A stretch of 39,696 bases of DNA. It comes from Chiloscyllium plagiosum. Its lineage: Eukaryota. The stretch covers positions 38,263 through 77,958 of the forward strand of contig NW_025215256.1 in assembly GCF_004010195.1 (NCBI RefSeq), given 5' to 3'. Position numbers and translations under genes: made by a program. Numbering within the stretch: position 1 is the first letter of the stretch; every line of letters begins with the position of its first letter. Of this stretch, positions 22,670 to 34,499 are shown in pieces. A model generated the notes under the pieces. It ran no database searches, was not told the DNA's origin, and saw only the letters and a list, made by a program, of their open reading frames with translations.

Positions 22670-23905
22670 CTGCGAGCGCACCTTGCCTCCGACACCATGG
22701 GCTCTTATCTTATTCTGTAGCCTCCTGTGCGGCAAATATCAAAGGCCTTCATGAAGTCCAGACACATAACATCCAATGGCTCTCTTTGGTCTACCTTCCT
22801 CGTTACTTCCTCAAAGCGGAGTTCTTACAAATTTGTCATGCATGGCCTCCCCTTGTTGAAACCATGCTGACTTTGCCTTATTTTTACACACACTTCCAAG
22901 TATTCAGAAATTTCTTCCATCGCAATGGATTCCAGGACCTTATGCACAACCAAGTGTCGGCTGATTGGTCTGTAATTTGCCAGCTTTTGTGTTGTTTCTT
23001 TTTAAAATGGGGTGTCACGTTTGTGATTTTTCAGTCCTGTAGCACCCTTCCTGGTTCTAGCGATAGCTGAAAGTTCTCCACTAACGTAACAACTATTTCT
23101 TCAGTTATCTACCTGGCGGGTACTCCACCTGATCCAGATGATTTATCCACCTTCAGGCCATTCAGTGTTTCTTGCACCTTCTCAGTGATGGCACGAGACT
23201 CACCTTTGTTCCCCCGTTCTCTTGTGTGTTTGGGTATAACTCATGCCTTTCACTGCGAAGACAGGCACAAAATATTTTTTTCAGTTCCTCAACCCATTGT
23301 CAACTTCTTCCTCTCTTTTGCGTTTATATGAATAAAGAAACGGCTGCAGTCTTCTTTTATATTCTTAATTATCTTATATTTAATCGTCTCCCTCCTAATT
23401 TGTTTGGTTGTTGCCCGTTGTAGGTGTTTGTGAGCTTTCCAATCCTCTGATTGCTCACTCCCCTTCGCCACATCATATATTTTTACTTTGCTCTTATGTT
23501 ACTGATGACTTCCTCAGTCAGCCATGGTTGTCTCATTCTCCCTGCACGATGCCTCATTTTCCACACGATGTGTCTCTAATGTGTCTGCTGAATTGCGCTC
23601 AGACACTCCTGTCATTGCATTTCCACTTTCCTGCTTTCTTGCTAGGCTCCTCTCCTCACCAATTTCATTCAGCTCCTCCCTCATGCCTCTGTAATGGTCT
23701 TTATTCAACTTTATAACCGTTACCTCTGATTGTATATTCTCCCTTTCAAATTGCAGGGTAAATTTAATCATGTTATCATCACCGCCTCCTAAGGGTTCCT
23801 TCATCTTCAGCTCCCTTTTCACGTCTGCGTCATTGCACAACTCTAAATCCAGTATTGCCTGTTCCCTACTTGGCTCCACCACAAGCTGCACCAAAAATCC
23901 ATCAC
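22670..23905 (-). mobile_element. CR1 LINE ORF2 fragment (endonuclease end to RT start)
   Basis: EPSREQAILDLELCN...EPLGGGDDNMIKF; NIKEDCSRFF; PHRRLQNKIRAHGVGG. Confidence 0.85.
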
Positions 23906-24130
23906 AATTGAATTGAATTGAATTTATTGTCACGTGTTCTGAGGTACAGTGAAAAGCTTTGTCTTGCGATCACTATAAGCAGATCGCAGTGTTAAGTAGC
24001 ATAGATGTATAAAGAAAATGTAAACATATAATAGGTTAGCCTTTGTGATTGTTCGGGCCGAGTTCACCACTCGCTCTGTCTCCGATCTTGAATGGTACAG
24101 ATGCCATATATGGTAGTCATACATCCAGAC
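23906..24130 (-). mobile_element. Rex1/Babar-like non-LTR 3' end
   Basis: ERVVNSARTITKANL, then gtgacaataaa and an (attca)n tail on the minus strand. Confidence 0.6.
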
Positions 24131-24169
24131 AGATTGCTCTCAATGCCGCACCAATAAAAGTTGGCAAAT

Positions 24170-24385
24170 GTATTCGCAGTGGTGCTTCAAGTGGTCATCA
24201 ATTAAAAAAAACATTTCCACCACAACTCGCGAGATGTCATCATCACACATATATCCCTCTCCCGTCCCTGTCCATCATCCACAGGGACCATTCCCTAGAG
24301 AAAACCTTGTTGTACTTTGCCTTCACTCCCAACACCTCCCGCAACTCACCCCATGGAGTCTTCCCCCTGCATCGCTGCGTTTTCG
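24170..24385 (+). mobile_element. Penelope-like coding fragment (RT-EN linker region)
   Basis: PLPSLSIIHRDHSLEKTL...HGVFP resembles the PLE PLSAFRRDHSLRDTLV...GTFPC segment. Confidence 0.5.
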
Positions 24386-24389
24386 ACAC

Positions 24390-26500
24390 ATAAATGCATA
24401 GAACCTAAAAACACGAGCAGGAGTAGGCTAACCGGCCCTTCAAGCCTGCTACGCCGTTCAATGACATCATTGTTGATCTTTCTAAAGACTCAATCCGCTT
24501 ACTGGCCCTCTCACTCTATCTCTTATTTCATTTATTGTTCAAAAGAAGTATCGCTCTTAGCTATAAAAGCCTTTGTTGTACCAGCATCAAGTTCTTCGCT
24601 GGGGCAAGGTTTTCCAAATAGTAATATCCGTCTGGGTGAAGAAGGTCCTTCTGAACTCAGTCCTAAATCTGCTCCCACTAATCCTGAGGCTCTGCCCTAC
24701 TGTCAGAATTTCACCCGCAAATGGAAGCATCCTTTCCAATTCTACCTAATCTATTCCGTTCAAAGTAAGATTCCCCGCTCATTCTTCTAAATTCCAAAGA
24801 AAATAATCCTAATCAACGCAGTCTCTCTTTATAGGCCAACCTCCTCACCTCCAGAATCAACCTAGTGAACTTCCTCTCTACCGCCACAACCCCCCCCCCT
24901 CCCCCCACTCCGCACAGTGCCAGTATATCCGTTCTCAAGTAAGGGGGCCAAAAGTGCACGCAATACACCAAGGATAGCCTCACCAGCACCTTTTACAGCT
25001 GCAACATAACATCTCTGCTGGAACCTTCATGAACCTACATTGCATCTGTCCAATTTCTATCGAGAAGCCCCGCTACTTCTTCCTTGATAATAGACTCAAA
25101 CATCTTCCCAACTGCAGAAATTAAGCTAACTAATCAATAATTCCCAATCTTTTATCCACCTCCCTTTTTAAACAGTAGTGTCACACCAGCTGTTTTCCAG
25201 TCTGCTGGGACTGCCACTTGAAAATTGCCACTTGAGCACTTGCTGCCCCATTAGCTTGCCTGACACTATCTCTTCCATAATAATGTTTGTTTCCAGGTCC
25301 TCACCTGCATTTCTCTCTTTGCCACTTACTGGCATGTTATTAGCATCCTCCACTGTGATGACTGACACAAAATACCTGTTCAATGCCTCGGTCATTTCAT
25401 CACTTTGCATAACTAAATGTTCCTTCTCATCCTCGAAAGGAGCAATCTTTACTTTAGCCACTGTTTTTTCGTTGTATATTTTTGTAGAAACTTTTGTTAT
25501 CCGTCTTTGTATTCTGTGCTAGTTTGTTTTTCCCCTCATGTTTATCTTTAAAGTTTTCCCACTCTTCCAGTTTCATGCTGTTCTTGGCCACTTGGTATGC
25601 CTTCTCTTTCACTTTGATAGCCTCCCTTATTTCCTAAGACACGCAGGGCAGATTACCCCTTTTCTTACGGTCCTTCCTTTTCACTTGAATATACTTTTGA
25701 TGAGCACATGTACAAAAACATCGTTTTTGGAAGTCCTCCATTGCTCGTTATCTGTCCCACCATATAACCTTTGCTTCCAGTCTACTTTAGCCAGGTGCTA
25801 AAGTAGTCTCGTTCTATTGTTGTGCCCCCATGTACATGCACAGGACCCTGGTATTGGATCTTCTCTTCACACTCCCCATCTAAATTCTAAGTTCTGCCAT
25901 ACTGTGATCACTCTTTCCAACAGGATCCCTAACTATGAGATCATTAATTATTCCAGTTCGTTTACACAGCACCAGATCGAGGATTGCTTTCTTCCTCGTC
26001 GGTTCCATTGCATATTGTTCAAGAAGACTATCACGGGTACTCTCAACGAACCCCTCCTCAAAGGTACTGTGACTGAGCTGCTTTGACCAAGCTACATGTA
26101 GATTAAAATCCCGAATGATAAAAGCTGACCCACTTTTACAGGCAGTGCTTATTTGTTTGTTTATTGCATTTACCAGTGTGATGTTATTATCTGCTGGCCT
26201 GTAGACTGCACCTACTAGTGACTTGTTCTTCTTAGAATTTCTACTTTCCACGCAAATTAATTCAAACTCATTCTCCATGGAACATATATTGTCTCTCCAC
26301 ACAGCCCTGATGTCGGCCTTGAATAACAAAGAGACACCACCTTCTTTACACTGCTGTCTGACCTTCCAAATAGTCTCGTACACCTGGATATTTAACTCAC
26401 AGTCGTGGCCTTTCTGTAACCGTGTCTCTCGAGTAGCTATTAAATCATTTTCATTTATGTTGATATGTGCCATTAACTCTTCAACCATGTTATGAATGCG
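24390..26500 (-). mobile_element. Internally deleted CR1 LINE with APE endonuclease domain
   Basis: ORF 25880-26488: DLIATRETRL, GGVSLLFK, VGAVYRP, RDFNL, EPTRKKAILDLVL, GKSDHSM. 3' tail at ~24390-24450. Confidence 0.9.
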
Positions 26501-26589
26501 ATGAGCTTTCCGGTGAAGTGTTTTTTTTTTGTTAGCTTTCTTGTCCCTGATGATTTCTCTAATAATATCACCTCTTGCTTCTTTTTCTC

Positions 26590-27255
26590 CTCACCTGTCC
26601 ATTGACGTCTTCCCTGCTTTGATTCCAATGGCCCAAAAAGACCTTCCAGTTGAATCAACACATGAACTGCACTTCACGCAATCCACTCTACTACAATCAC
26701 TGCTCGCAATGTGGCTTCCACTATCTTGGGAAACGAAGTTTGGACTGGGTGACCACATTGCAGAACATTCAAGTTCTGTCTTCAAGAAGAGTTACAGCGA
26801 ATCTCAAGGCATGCTCGAAGAACATCACCTCAGTTTCGATTTGGGGAGTCTGCAGCCCTCCAGACCACATATCAATTTCAATATTTTTAGGGTCGGAACT
26901 CTCCAATTTCCTATTCCCCTATCCCACACGCCAGGCTTTGTTGTCACATAACCTTCCATAACACACCACATATGGTTCGCTACTAGCAGTCTCCATTAAC
27001 AACTATTCACCCTGTTAGCCAGATCATCATCCACTCCTTTGTCCAACTGTTCTCGCTATTTGAACTCTATCCCTACATATCGTTTACTCCTTACCCTCCC
27101 CCAACCGCCACTATATCTTCTGCAGATAGACCAACATTTTCCAAGCTATCGTCAGTTCTGAGGAATGGTCACTGGACTCGAAATGTTAACTCTGATTTCT
27201 TTTTTCAGATGCTACCAGACCTGCTGAGTTTTTCCAGCACCATCTGGTTTTGATT
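26590..27255 (+). mobile_element. Penelope-like element 3' part (GIY-YIG plus tail with hammerhead-like motif)
   Basis: MNCTSRNPLYYNHCSQCGFHYLG/ETKFGLGDHIAEH; tail CTGAGGAatggtcactggactcGAAAtgtta at ~27158-27190. Confidence 0.8.
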
Positions 27256-27439
27256 TAGTTAAAATCGAATACTGTGAATGTTCAAGGAAGAATGACTGCA
27301 CATGGCCTGGTAGAAGCCTGATACTGCGCTTGTGCAATGATCCCTTGCACAGAAGACAGGACTGTGTTCCTGTTCAAAAGTTCTCTTGTGAATAGTTCCC
27401 ATTACAAGGTGAGCCATCGGCATCAACTACTTAGGTCAC

Positions 27440-27785
27440 TGAAGACAGTAATAATTTCTGCCGCAGTTCTATCCTGGATGTGATGAACAGCAGAGGGAAA
27501 AACATCCCTCATGTCAGATGTGAACGGATTGGAGTCCACACAGGAGGTGTAATCTAGTCTAATCAGATAGAGAACGCTCAAATGCTTTCTCACTGTAACA
27601 ATGTTCCATTGGGTATCAAAGCTACATGGTTTGTTGCCGCAAAGGCTAAACACAGCGTTTTCCAGTTAAAATACGTGGATGTGTTCCCTCCAGTGTGACA
27701 GTACAGTTGTGTATAGTTGTCAATAGGATAACTGGATGAATCACTTTACACATTCAGCTGGCGAACTGTCCTTTTAGAATGCAGG
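27440..27785 (-). pseudogene. Possible very decayed C2H2 zinc-finger remnant
   Basis: Minus strand gaatgtgtaaagtgattcatccagttatcc...cacactggaggg resembles ECGKGFIQLS...HTGE. Confidence 0.4.
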
Positions 27786-27919
27786 AAGATGCACTGAGAG
27801 GTTCTTGATCAGTTTCATATCGGGGCTGAGACAATATTGGAGGTTTTGAGAGTCTTAAATGTGGACAGATCCCCAGCTCAGAGTGCAGTTGTATCTCACG
27901 TTGCTCTCACGTGAGACAA

Positions 27920-28640
27920 AGGAGTAATTTAAGGGGTTCTGACCAATGTTTCACTTTCCTCTTTGGCCACAGGCGAGGTGGTTGAGGACTGCAGGACTAC
28001 TAATGGGGTTCCACTTTTTAACAAGGCAGATAGAAACAACCTAGGGAAATAGAGCCAAGTGAGTCTCACAGGAGTGGTCTGGAAACGTTGGGGAAACCTC
28101 TCAAGGAGAGAATCAATTGCAACTTTTCCAGGCAAGGTTTGATCAAGGGGTCAGCATGTTTTTGACAGAGGAGGTGATGCCTAACAGATCTGTGGCCGCA
28201 GACAAAATAAGTGTCATTGTATGTTCTTAGGTGGTGGGTTTGTGTTTCTGTCTAAGTACTATTGAAAATGGAATTGTAGGTAGACATGCTGTGGCCAAGT
28301 AAATGTTTTGAGGAAGTGATCAGTGGGAGTGAAAATGATGTAGTGTATGTGGGTTTCACTGANNNNNNNNNNNNNNNNNNNNNNNNNNNNNNNNNNNNNN
28401 NNNNNNNNNNNNNNNNNNNNNNNNNNNNNNNCAAAATAAGTGTCATTGTATATTCTTAGGTGGTGGGTTTGTGTTTCTGTCTAAGTACTATTGAAAATGG
28501 AATTGTAGGTAGAAATGCTGTGGCCAAGTAAATGATTTGAGGAAGTGATCAGTGGGAGTGAAAATGATGTAGTGGGTTTCACTGAGATCCCACACGGGAG
28601 ACTGATAACACGGTAAAGACATAAGCAATTCACGATCACG
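27920..28640 (+). mobile_element. CR1 RT fragment interrupted by an env-derived insert and an N-gap
   Basis: TGEVVEDCRTTNGVPLFNKADRNNLGK*SQVSLTGVVWK, FEEVI...DVVYVGF, cccacacgggagactg (PHGRL). Confidence 0.8.
28363..28431. other. Assembly gap
   Basis: N-run between two near-identical ~150 bp copies. Confidence 1.
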
Positions 28641-28643
28641 TGG

Positions 28644-29655
28644 TGTCAGAGAAATTCAGCTCAATGCATCAAGGACCAGATACGATTAAACAACTTGACA
28701 TCGTGGAAAAGACATTGACCAGCATGGCACAGAACTGATTCTCCGCGCAGATGGCCAGAATGTTCTCACCCAAGCAGAGGGTGCAGGCAGGTTTCATAGG
28801 GGTACAGAGACCCGGGTTCAATTCCCGCCTCAGACAACTGTCTGTGTGGAGTTTGCACATTCTCCCCGTGTCTGCGTGGGTTTCCTCCGGGTGCTCCAGT
28901 CCAAAAAATGTGCAGTTTAGGTAAATTGGCCATGCCAAATTGCCCGTAGTGTTAGGTGATGCGGTAAATGTAGGGGAATGGGTCTGAGTGAGTTGCTCTT
29001 TGGAGGGTCGGTGTGGACTTGTTGGGCCGAAGGGCCTGTTTCCACACTGTAAGTAATCTAATCTAATCTAAAAAAGGTGACAATTGTAAAGCAGTAACAG
29101 TACAGTGGTGAAAATTGTAAAGCGACTAAAACAAGAATAAACTGAATGGAATTTAAACAAGCATCTGGCAGTAACAATTCAATTGCAATTGACACTGGAG
29201 ATTCCAGCCATCTCCTTGAATAGATGAGAATGTCTTCTCGGGGATTCTTAACGGTATTTCCTGTCTGCTCGAGTATTTGTAAGTGTTCCTTCTGCTGGCT
29301 TTCAGTTCTGTCCATTGTGTTCCTCCTGGGAGCAAAGTCTTCCTCGGTCTCTCAGTCTGCCTCTTTTTTATGCGCCAACAGTTTATATTGGAAACGAGCT
29401 TGCGCTTAGGGTATTCGGACTTAAGAGATGGTCGAGGCTAGGAGCTTACTGTGAAGGCTGTTTGAGAAGTGTCTTATTTGGTTTGGGAGTAGCTTAGAAT
29501 ATTTGAATTCTAAATTCGCCTGCTTGGCCAAAACTGAGTCATTGTGGGTGTTCGATGTGTGTTAGCAGGCATGATTTCTGTGTTTCATCGACATGCTTCT
29601 GTGTTTTTTATGTGTTTATGCTGTGGGTGGACAGTGTAGCAGATTTTCTACCACA
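28644..29655 (-). mobile_element. Candidate ERV 3' LTR, interrupted by an HE1 SINE
   Basis: On the minus strand after env: purine tract aaaaaaaagagatac, then TGTGGTAG at 29655; ccaatataaa TATA-like at ~29382-29391; ends ...ctctgaCA at 28644 where CR1 resumes. No second LTR to confirm. Confidence 0.6.
28805..29070 (+). mobile_element. 5'-truncated HE1 / V-SINE
   Basis: agagacccgggttcaattcccgcc...gtgtggagtttgcacattctccccgtgtctgcgtggg...gggccgaagggcctgtttccacactg, (taatc)n tail. Confidence 0.9.
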
Positions 29656-29699
29656 GTATCTCTTTTTTTTGTTAAGAGCATGTTGAAAAAGTGCAATGT

Positions 29700-31211
29700 A
29701 GCCCGGACCAGGTAGGCCATCAGATGGTGGGGTTTCGGTGTCAGACAGGTAGTAGACAGTGTCTGAATCTGACCAAGTGTAGTTTGTGTCAGGGGAGGCG
29801 ATCTCACTCCAGCGAGCTGGTTAGTGAGGAGAGCAGGGGTAAAAGTGCTGTACAAAACCGGCAGCAGCACATACGGAGGCCCACGACCAGGATACTGATA
29901 CCTACAACCGCAATACGGGATATTAGTTCCTCCAGCAGTTCAGTGCCCCGTGAGCGAAGCCAGGCGGTTGCCCAGGTCCACAGGTCCCAGTGGGACTCCG
30001 GTTCATTTGGGACAGCACCAGACTGTGGAAAGTGGTGTGTCAGGTCCGTTATATTTTCGCTGGGGTCAGGGATGTAGGTACAGAGGTCTGTGCCAATGAA
30101 GGTGCAAGCGCCCCAGTTTTGGCCAGCCAGTGTCCAGGGCCATTCTGTTTTGCAGAGCGACAGTGTGAATGGCGACAGCCTCTGCATTTAGCTGGGCAAG
30201 TACTTCAGCCGTGGCATGCTATCTCCTCCAGAGTGATGGCCATTAGATATGCCTCTATGTCGAGGTGCTGGGTTTTGTAAGTGGACACGAAAACGGGGGT
30301 TGGGAGGTATATCATCTACGGCAGTGAGGGCGCATTTCCTGGGGGAATAAGCTTCTGGAAGGGAGACGACTGGGAGTGGTAAATGAGTGGTACCACATAC
30401 CACGTGTCAGCCCATGACAACGCCAGCCGGGGTATGCCTCGTGGCCGCAGACAAAATAAGTGTCATTGTATATTCTTAGGTGGTGGGTTTTGGTTCCTGT
30501 CTAAATATTATTGAAAATGGATTGTGGGCAGACATGTTGTGGCCAAGTAAATCTAGGATTCTGCACTCTTCTACAGGCCAGAATGCTGCAGGGGTCAAGA
30601 GCGGTCAGTTAGTGCACCACCTCCACCCAACCACCCATGCAGATGGCTGCTTCTCGTTAGGCAGATGGTTCCTCTGCGTGACACCCGTGCGGTGGTGTCA
30701 GTGATGGTCAAGGTTGTATGCCCATGTGAGAGGTTCTGGGCTCCGTATGACCATCCTGTGAATTTGTCGAGGTGGTATCCTGCGGATTTCCAGCAGTCTG
30801 AGCTATGAGCCACATGAATGGCCGGTCTGGTTAGCAGACTGAGCATTGTGTCCCCGTGGATATGTCCAGTTTCAGCCACAAATCTGCCATCCCTGCGTCG
30901 TTAAAAGGGACTGCACCGTGGGGAATGCGACGGTGGGAATGTTCAGGTACATGTGCACAGACCCAGCAGCTGGTCTGGCTTGCCCTCTGGGCATACTTGT
31001 GGGTCATGTCAAGGAAAATGTTCACCCACGGCTCAAGGTGGATTAAGTGACCTGTTCTGTGTGCCCTGTTACTAATCAGTGGTGAAGTGCAGGTCAGACC
31101 AAAAGTGATGATCCCGATAGCTGCCACAAGCAGCTGGATCCCTCTGTGGTGTCTGGAGCTGTATCTTGTTCTGCTTGGTTGTCCTTCTGTTAAGGTGGAG
31201 TCCTCTTTCAC
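29700..31211 (-). pseudogene. env: ERV envelope, gamma-type, frameshifted
   Basis: SU with hydrophobic leader and SCWVC (CXXC). TM with ALQNRMALD immunosuppressive motif (~30130-30160, different frame from the listed ORF), ACTFIGTDLCTYIPD, and membrane anchor IAVVGISILVV followed by CCC. Confidence 0.9.
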
Positions 31212-31387
31212 CGGGTCGCATTCTGGTTTCCCTTAGAGAGTGACATTGTCAGTGTCGTGAGACAGACCAAGAGTGGTCCTTTCCATCGAGTGTAGAGAGA
31301 ATCTTTCGGCAGGGACTGTCACGTTACATAGTGCCCAGTTTAAACGGGTGAAGTGCTTCCTACAGTGGTGTGGACACCGCAACTTTT

Positions 31388-31546
31388 TTTTTGTTTTACC
31401 CCCACACTATCGCCTAACTACGGTAGTGCTTATTGTTTTACCCAGTTGTGTGTGTACAAGTTTGAGACGCAGTTAAGGACACAAGATGCGCAAATCTTTA
31501 TTCAGTTTCCATCAACAGGAAGAAAAGAAACACCCAAGTGGCCAGT
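31388..31546 (-). mobile_element. 5'-truncated poly(A)-tailed retroposon (L1/Tx1-like) inserted in the ERV
   Basis: Flanked by acaccgcaactttt (31374-31387) and acaccgcagctttt (31547-31560). Minus strand has AATAAA and an A-rich tail; target reads TT/AAAA. Confidence 0.7.
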
Positions 31547-31559
31547 ACACCGCAGCTTT

Positions 31560-32420
31560 TAACAAATCATGGTTTAAAGTGATCCTTCTACTCAGGGCGT
31601 GAACGTAATCCAAAGGCGTTTCCTGTTTTCAGAGCAGCGCTGTGTCATTGGCTAGTTTTGGCGGTCCGGCGGCTGTGGGAATGCGTCGTTCCGTTCGCAC
31701 TTCAAAGGGTGTGATTTCCGTTATTCAGTTTCCCTGTCCTCTTACTGTGTAATACACCAGTGGCCGGCCATCTGGCCAAGCCAGTCCTGTGTCCTGAGTG
31801 ATTTTGGGGAGGGTGGTTTGAGGGTGCCGTTCATTCTCTCCACCATTCCTGAAGGCTGGGGGTTGGTACAGAATGTGGTATCGCCAGCGCATCCCGAGGG
31901 TGTAACAGTCAGCAGTAATGAACTTTGCGGTGAAATCGGCCCCATTCCCCCGTATGTTTCTAAGCGCCCTGGGATATAAAACTCTTGTAATAACGTCCTG
32001 CAGGATACCTTTTACCACTGCTCTGGTGGCATTTTTTTGTTGATGGGTAATGACTCTACCCATTTTGAAAACATGTCGACAATAACTAGGACATGTTTGA
32101 ATTCCTTTTTCTGAGGCATATTGGAAAGGTCAGTTAGAAGGTGCGTGAATGGACCCTCAGGAACTGGTACATAATCATGTTTGGCCATCAGCTTCCCTGC
32201 ATTTTTCAGTAGACAGATGAGGCACTGTGACAGCAGGGCTTGGGCAGCTGCAGCGAATCCCGCTGCATTCCAGGAGCGGTTGGCAGCATCTTGCCTGTGT
32301 GCCCGATTCCGTGTGCCGCCAGGGCCAGTAAGTGCAGGTGGGCTTTCAGGTAGATGATGCAGCCATCGAGGTGGGTAAGAACCTATAAGGATGGTGATTG
32401 CACGGAACCAATGTGGGCCC
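31560..32420 (-). pseudogene. pol: ERV integrase, frameshifted
   Basis: SQCLIC, PEGPFTHLLTD, VLVIVDMFSKWVE, NGADFTA, PQPSGMVERMNGTLK. Confidence 0.92.
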
Positions 32421-32599
32421 ATGCGGCCCTCTCTTCTGTTGTGGTGGCTTGCTGAACTGCTCGGACTGCATTGAGAGGGTCAGGGGACCCTAGAGGCTTC
32501 ACGACCATGGGGGTCTGCAGGGCATAACTGATCAGGGGGAGTGCGGATTCCGGGGTGGCTGCATCACCAGAGGCATTTGCTAAGATGACGGGGTCGGTG

Positions 32600-32980
32600 G
32601 CAGAGTTGTTGGCATCATATATTATAATAGCGACAGCGGCGGGTAACAGGACTGCTTCTCAGATATTGGCAATGTGTGCAGCATGTTTGATTCGTCTCCC
32701 TGCTGAGCCGATAAACCCCCCTGCTTCCATATTGTGCCAAAGTACTGAACGACTCCAAAGGCACATCTGGAGTTTGTGTAGATAGTGGCTGTGCTACCCT
32801 GTGCCAGTTTGCAGGCTCTGGTGAGAGCAAAGAACTCTGCCGCCTGTGTGGACACCCCATCTGGTAATGCAGCTGATTCGAGAATGGTGAAAGGGGGTGC
32901 AGATGGCATGTCCTGCTAATGTGTATTGGTCTGATGGCCGGAAGAAGAGCCGCTGGTGAAAAGAATCTGGTCAGGGTTTT
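32600..32980 (-). pseudogene. pol: ERV RNase H
   Basis: LPDGVSTQAAEFFALTRACKLAQGSTATIYTNSRCAFGVVQYFGTIWKQGG. Confidence 0.92.
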
Positions 32981-33012
32981 CTCAGACCGGGCAGGACACC
33001 TGCTGAACCAGA

Positions 33013-33142
33013 CGAAAGTGAGGACTGCAGATGCTGGAGATTAGAGTCAAGATGAGAGTGGTGCTGAAAACCACAGCAGGTAAGACAGCATCCGAGAAGC
33101 AGGAAAATCAACGTTTCTGGCAGGAGCCGTTTGTCAGGAATG
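33013..33142 (-). mobile_element. Penelope-like terminal fragment inserted in ERV pol
   Basis: Related to the 14201-14317 family (gtgaggactgcagatgctggaga...cagcatccgagaagcagg...cgtttc). Flanks tgctgaaccag / tgctgaaacag are a possible target duplication. Confidence 0.7.
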
Positions 33143-33144
33143 CT

Positions 33145-34450
33145 GAAACAGGTCCAAGCAGTTGTGGTTGTCTGCAGAATCATGTTAGGTGAGCGGAATT
33201 AGGGTGGCGGGTATCAAACCTAGGGCACGGTGTAGGGAAAGGTTAACCTAGATCACCAAGCGACCTGATGACCAGTTCTCTGAGTTGCAGTAAAATGTTG
33301 GATTGCTGCTGAATTAACAATACACGGATTATATAGCACAATGGGGCTGGCCTTATCACTGTTACTGTGGCTGCTGCCAACGTGCACAAACATGCCGGCA
33401 TTCCACTCATAACAGGTGGCAACTAAACAATAGAAAACGCAACAGGGCGACGGAGATCCCAATGAAGCTGTGTTAAAATGCCATTCGTGAAGACTTCTGG
33501 CTTGGTTACATAAAGACAGAAGGGCCGGGATTAATCTGGACTCCCAGACCAGGAGTGAAAATTATTTGTTGCTTCAGTTCAGTGAATGTCTGTTACATTT
33601 TGGATCTTCACTTCATTCTGTTTACGGGAAGCTGCCTCCCATAGAGGTGCATTAATAGCAGAATGGGCAGGAATCCAAGGCCTGCATTTCTTTACCAGCC
33701 CCAGAAACACTTGCAGCTGCCTGTTTGTGGCAGGTAGAGGAAGCTGGGTGAATGCAGCCAATTGCTCCATAGACAGTGCTCTGAGGCTATAGGAAAGATA
33801 TTAGATATTTTGCTGACAGAGCTCCATTTTCTTGATAGGCACCCTATGCCCATCTTGTGCAAGACAACAGAGCAAGGCCACCGTAAACTGCATTCATGCA
33901 GTAGTGGAGGTGGAAGCCAATAGCAGGACATTCGCATACTGGAGGAACGTGCTGTGGCATGGTAGGTGAAGGGTGGACAGGGTGAGATATACTGCAGCAG
34001 CACAGATTTGGGGCTCTCGAATACCCTGAGGGAAATCCGGCCCATGTATTTTGCAGCCGCCATATGTAAAAACATAAAGTTTCAGGGAACAACTTAATGG
34101 AGAATAATGCTGAGCAAAGGTCAATTACAAGAATATCAGGAGGAGGAGGCGGGGTACTGATCAGGAGAGCATTTGTGTCCGAGACTACTGGGGAGCAGGG
34201 AACAACAATGGAATTGACAGCCCTAAGGTTTTGCACAAAGCCCCATTTTCATGGTCTTCCACGCTTCGGGATAGTTAAGAAGGGAGTGTTGCATGGGCTG
34301 GTTGTGGGCACAAGGATTCCCTGTTGGCAGAGGTGATTCAATTACTGGTTTGATTCCCAATACTGCCACGGGTGATATGAGTATTGCATTGATGGCAGGA
34401 TTGCTCCCTGTCTGAGTGTTAGTATACGTGATTGGGCGGAAAATAGCTGG
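33145..34450 (-). pseudogene. pol: ERV reverse transcriptase and connection domain, frameshifted
   Basis: GIKPVIES, QNLRAVN, LVIDLCSALFSI, FPQG, LQYANVLLLAS (QYVDDLL decayed), QLQVFLGLVKKCRPWIP. Confidence 0.9.
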
Positions 34451-34499
34451 CCTGCATGGTTCTATTGCTGTGCCCACAGTGATTATGGGATGTCAACTA

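Noticed and set aside
25880..26488. 202-aa ORF as a cellular nuclease
   Set aside because: CR1 APE domain with decayed motifs inside a deleted LINE.
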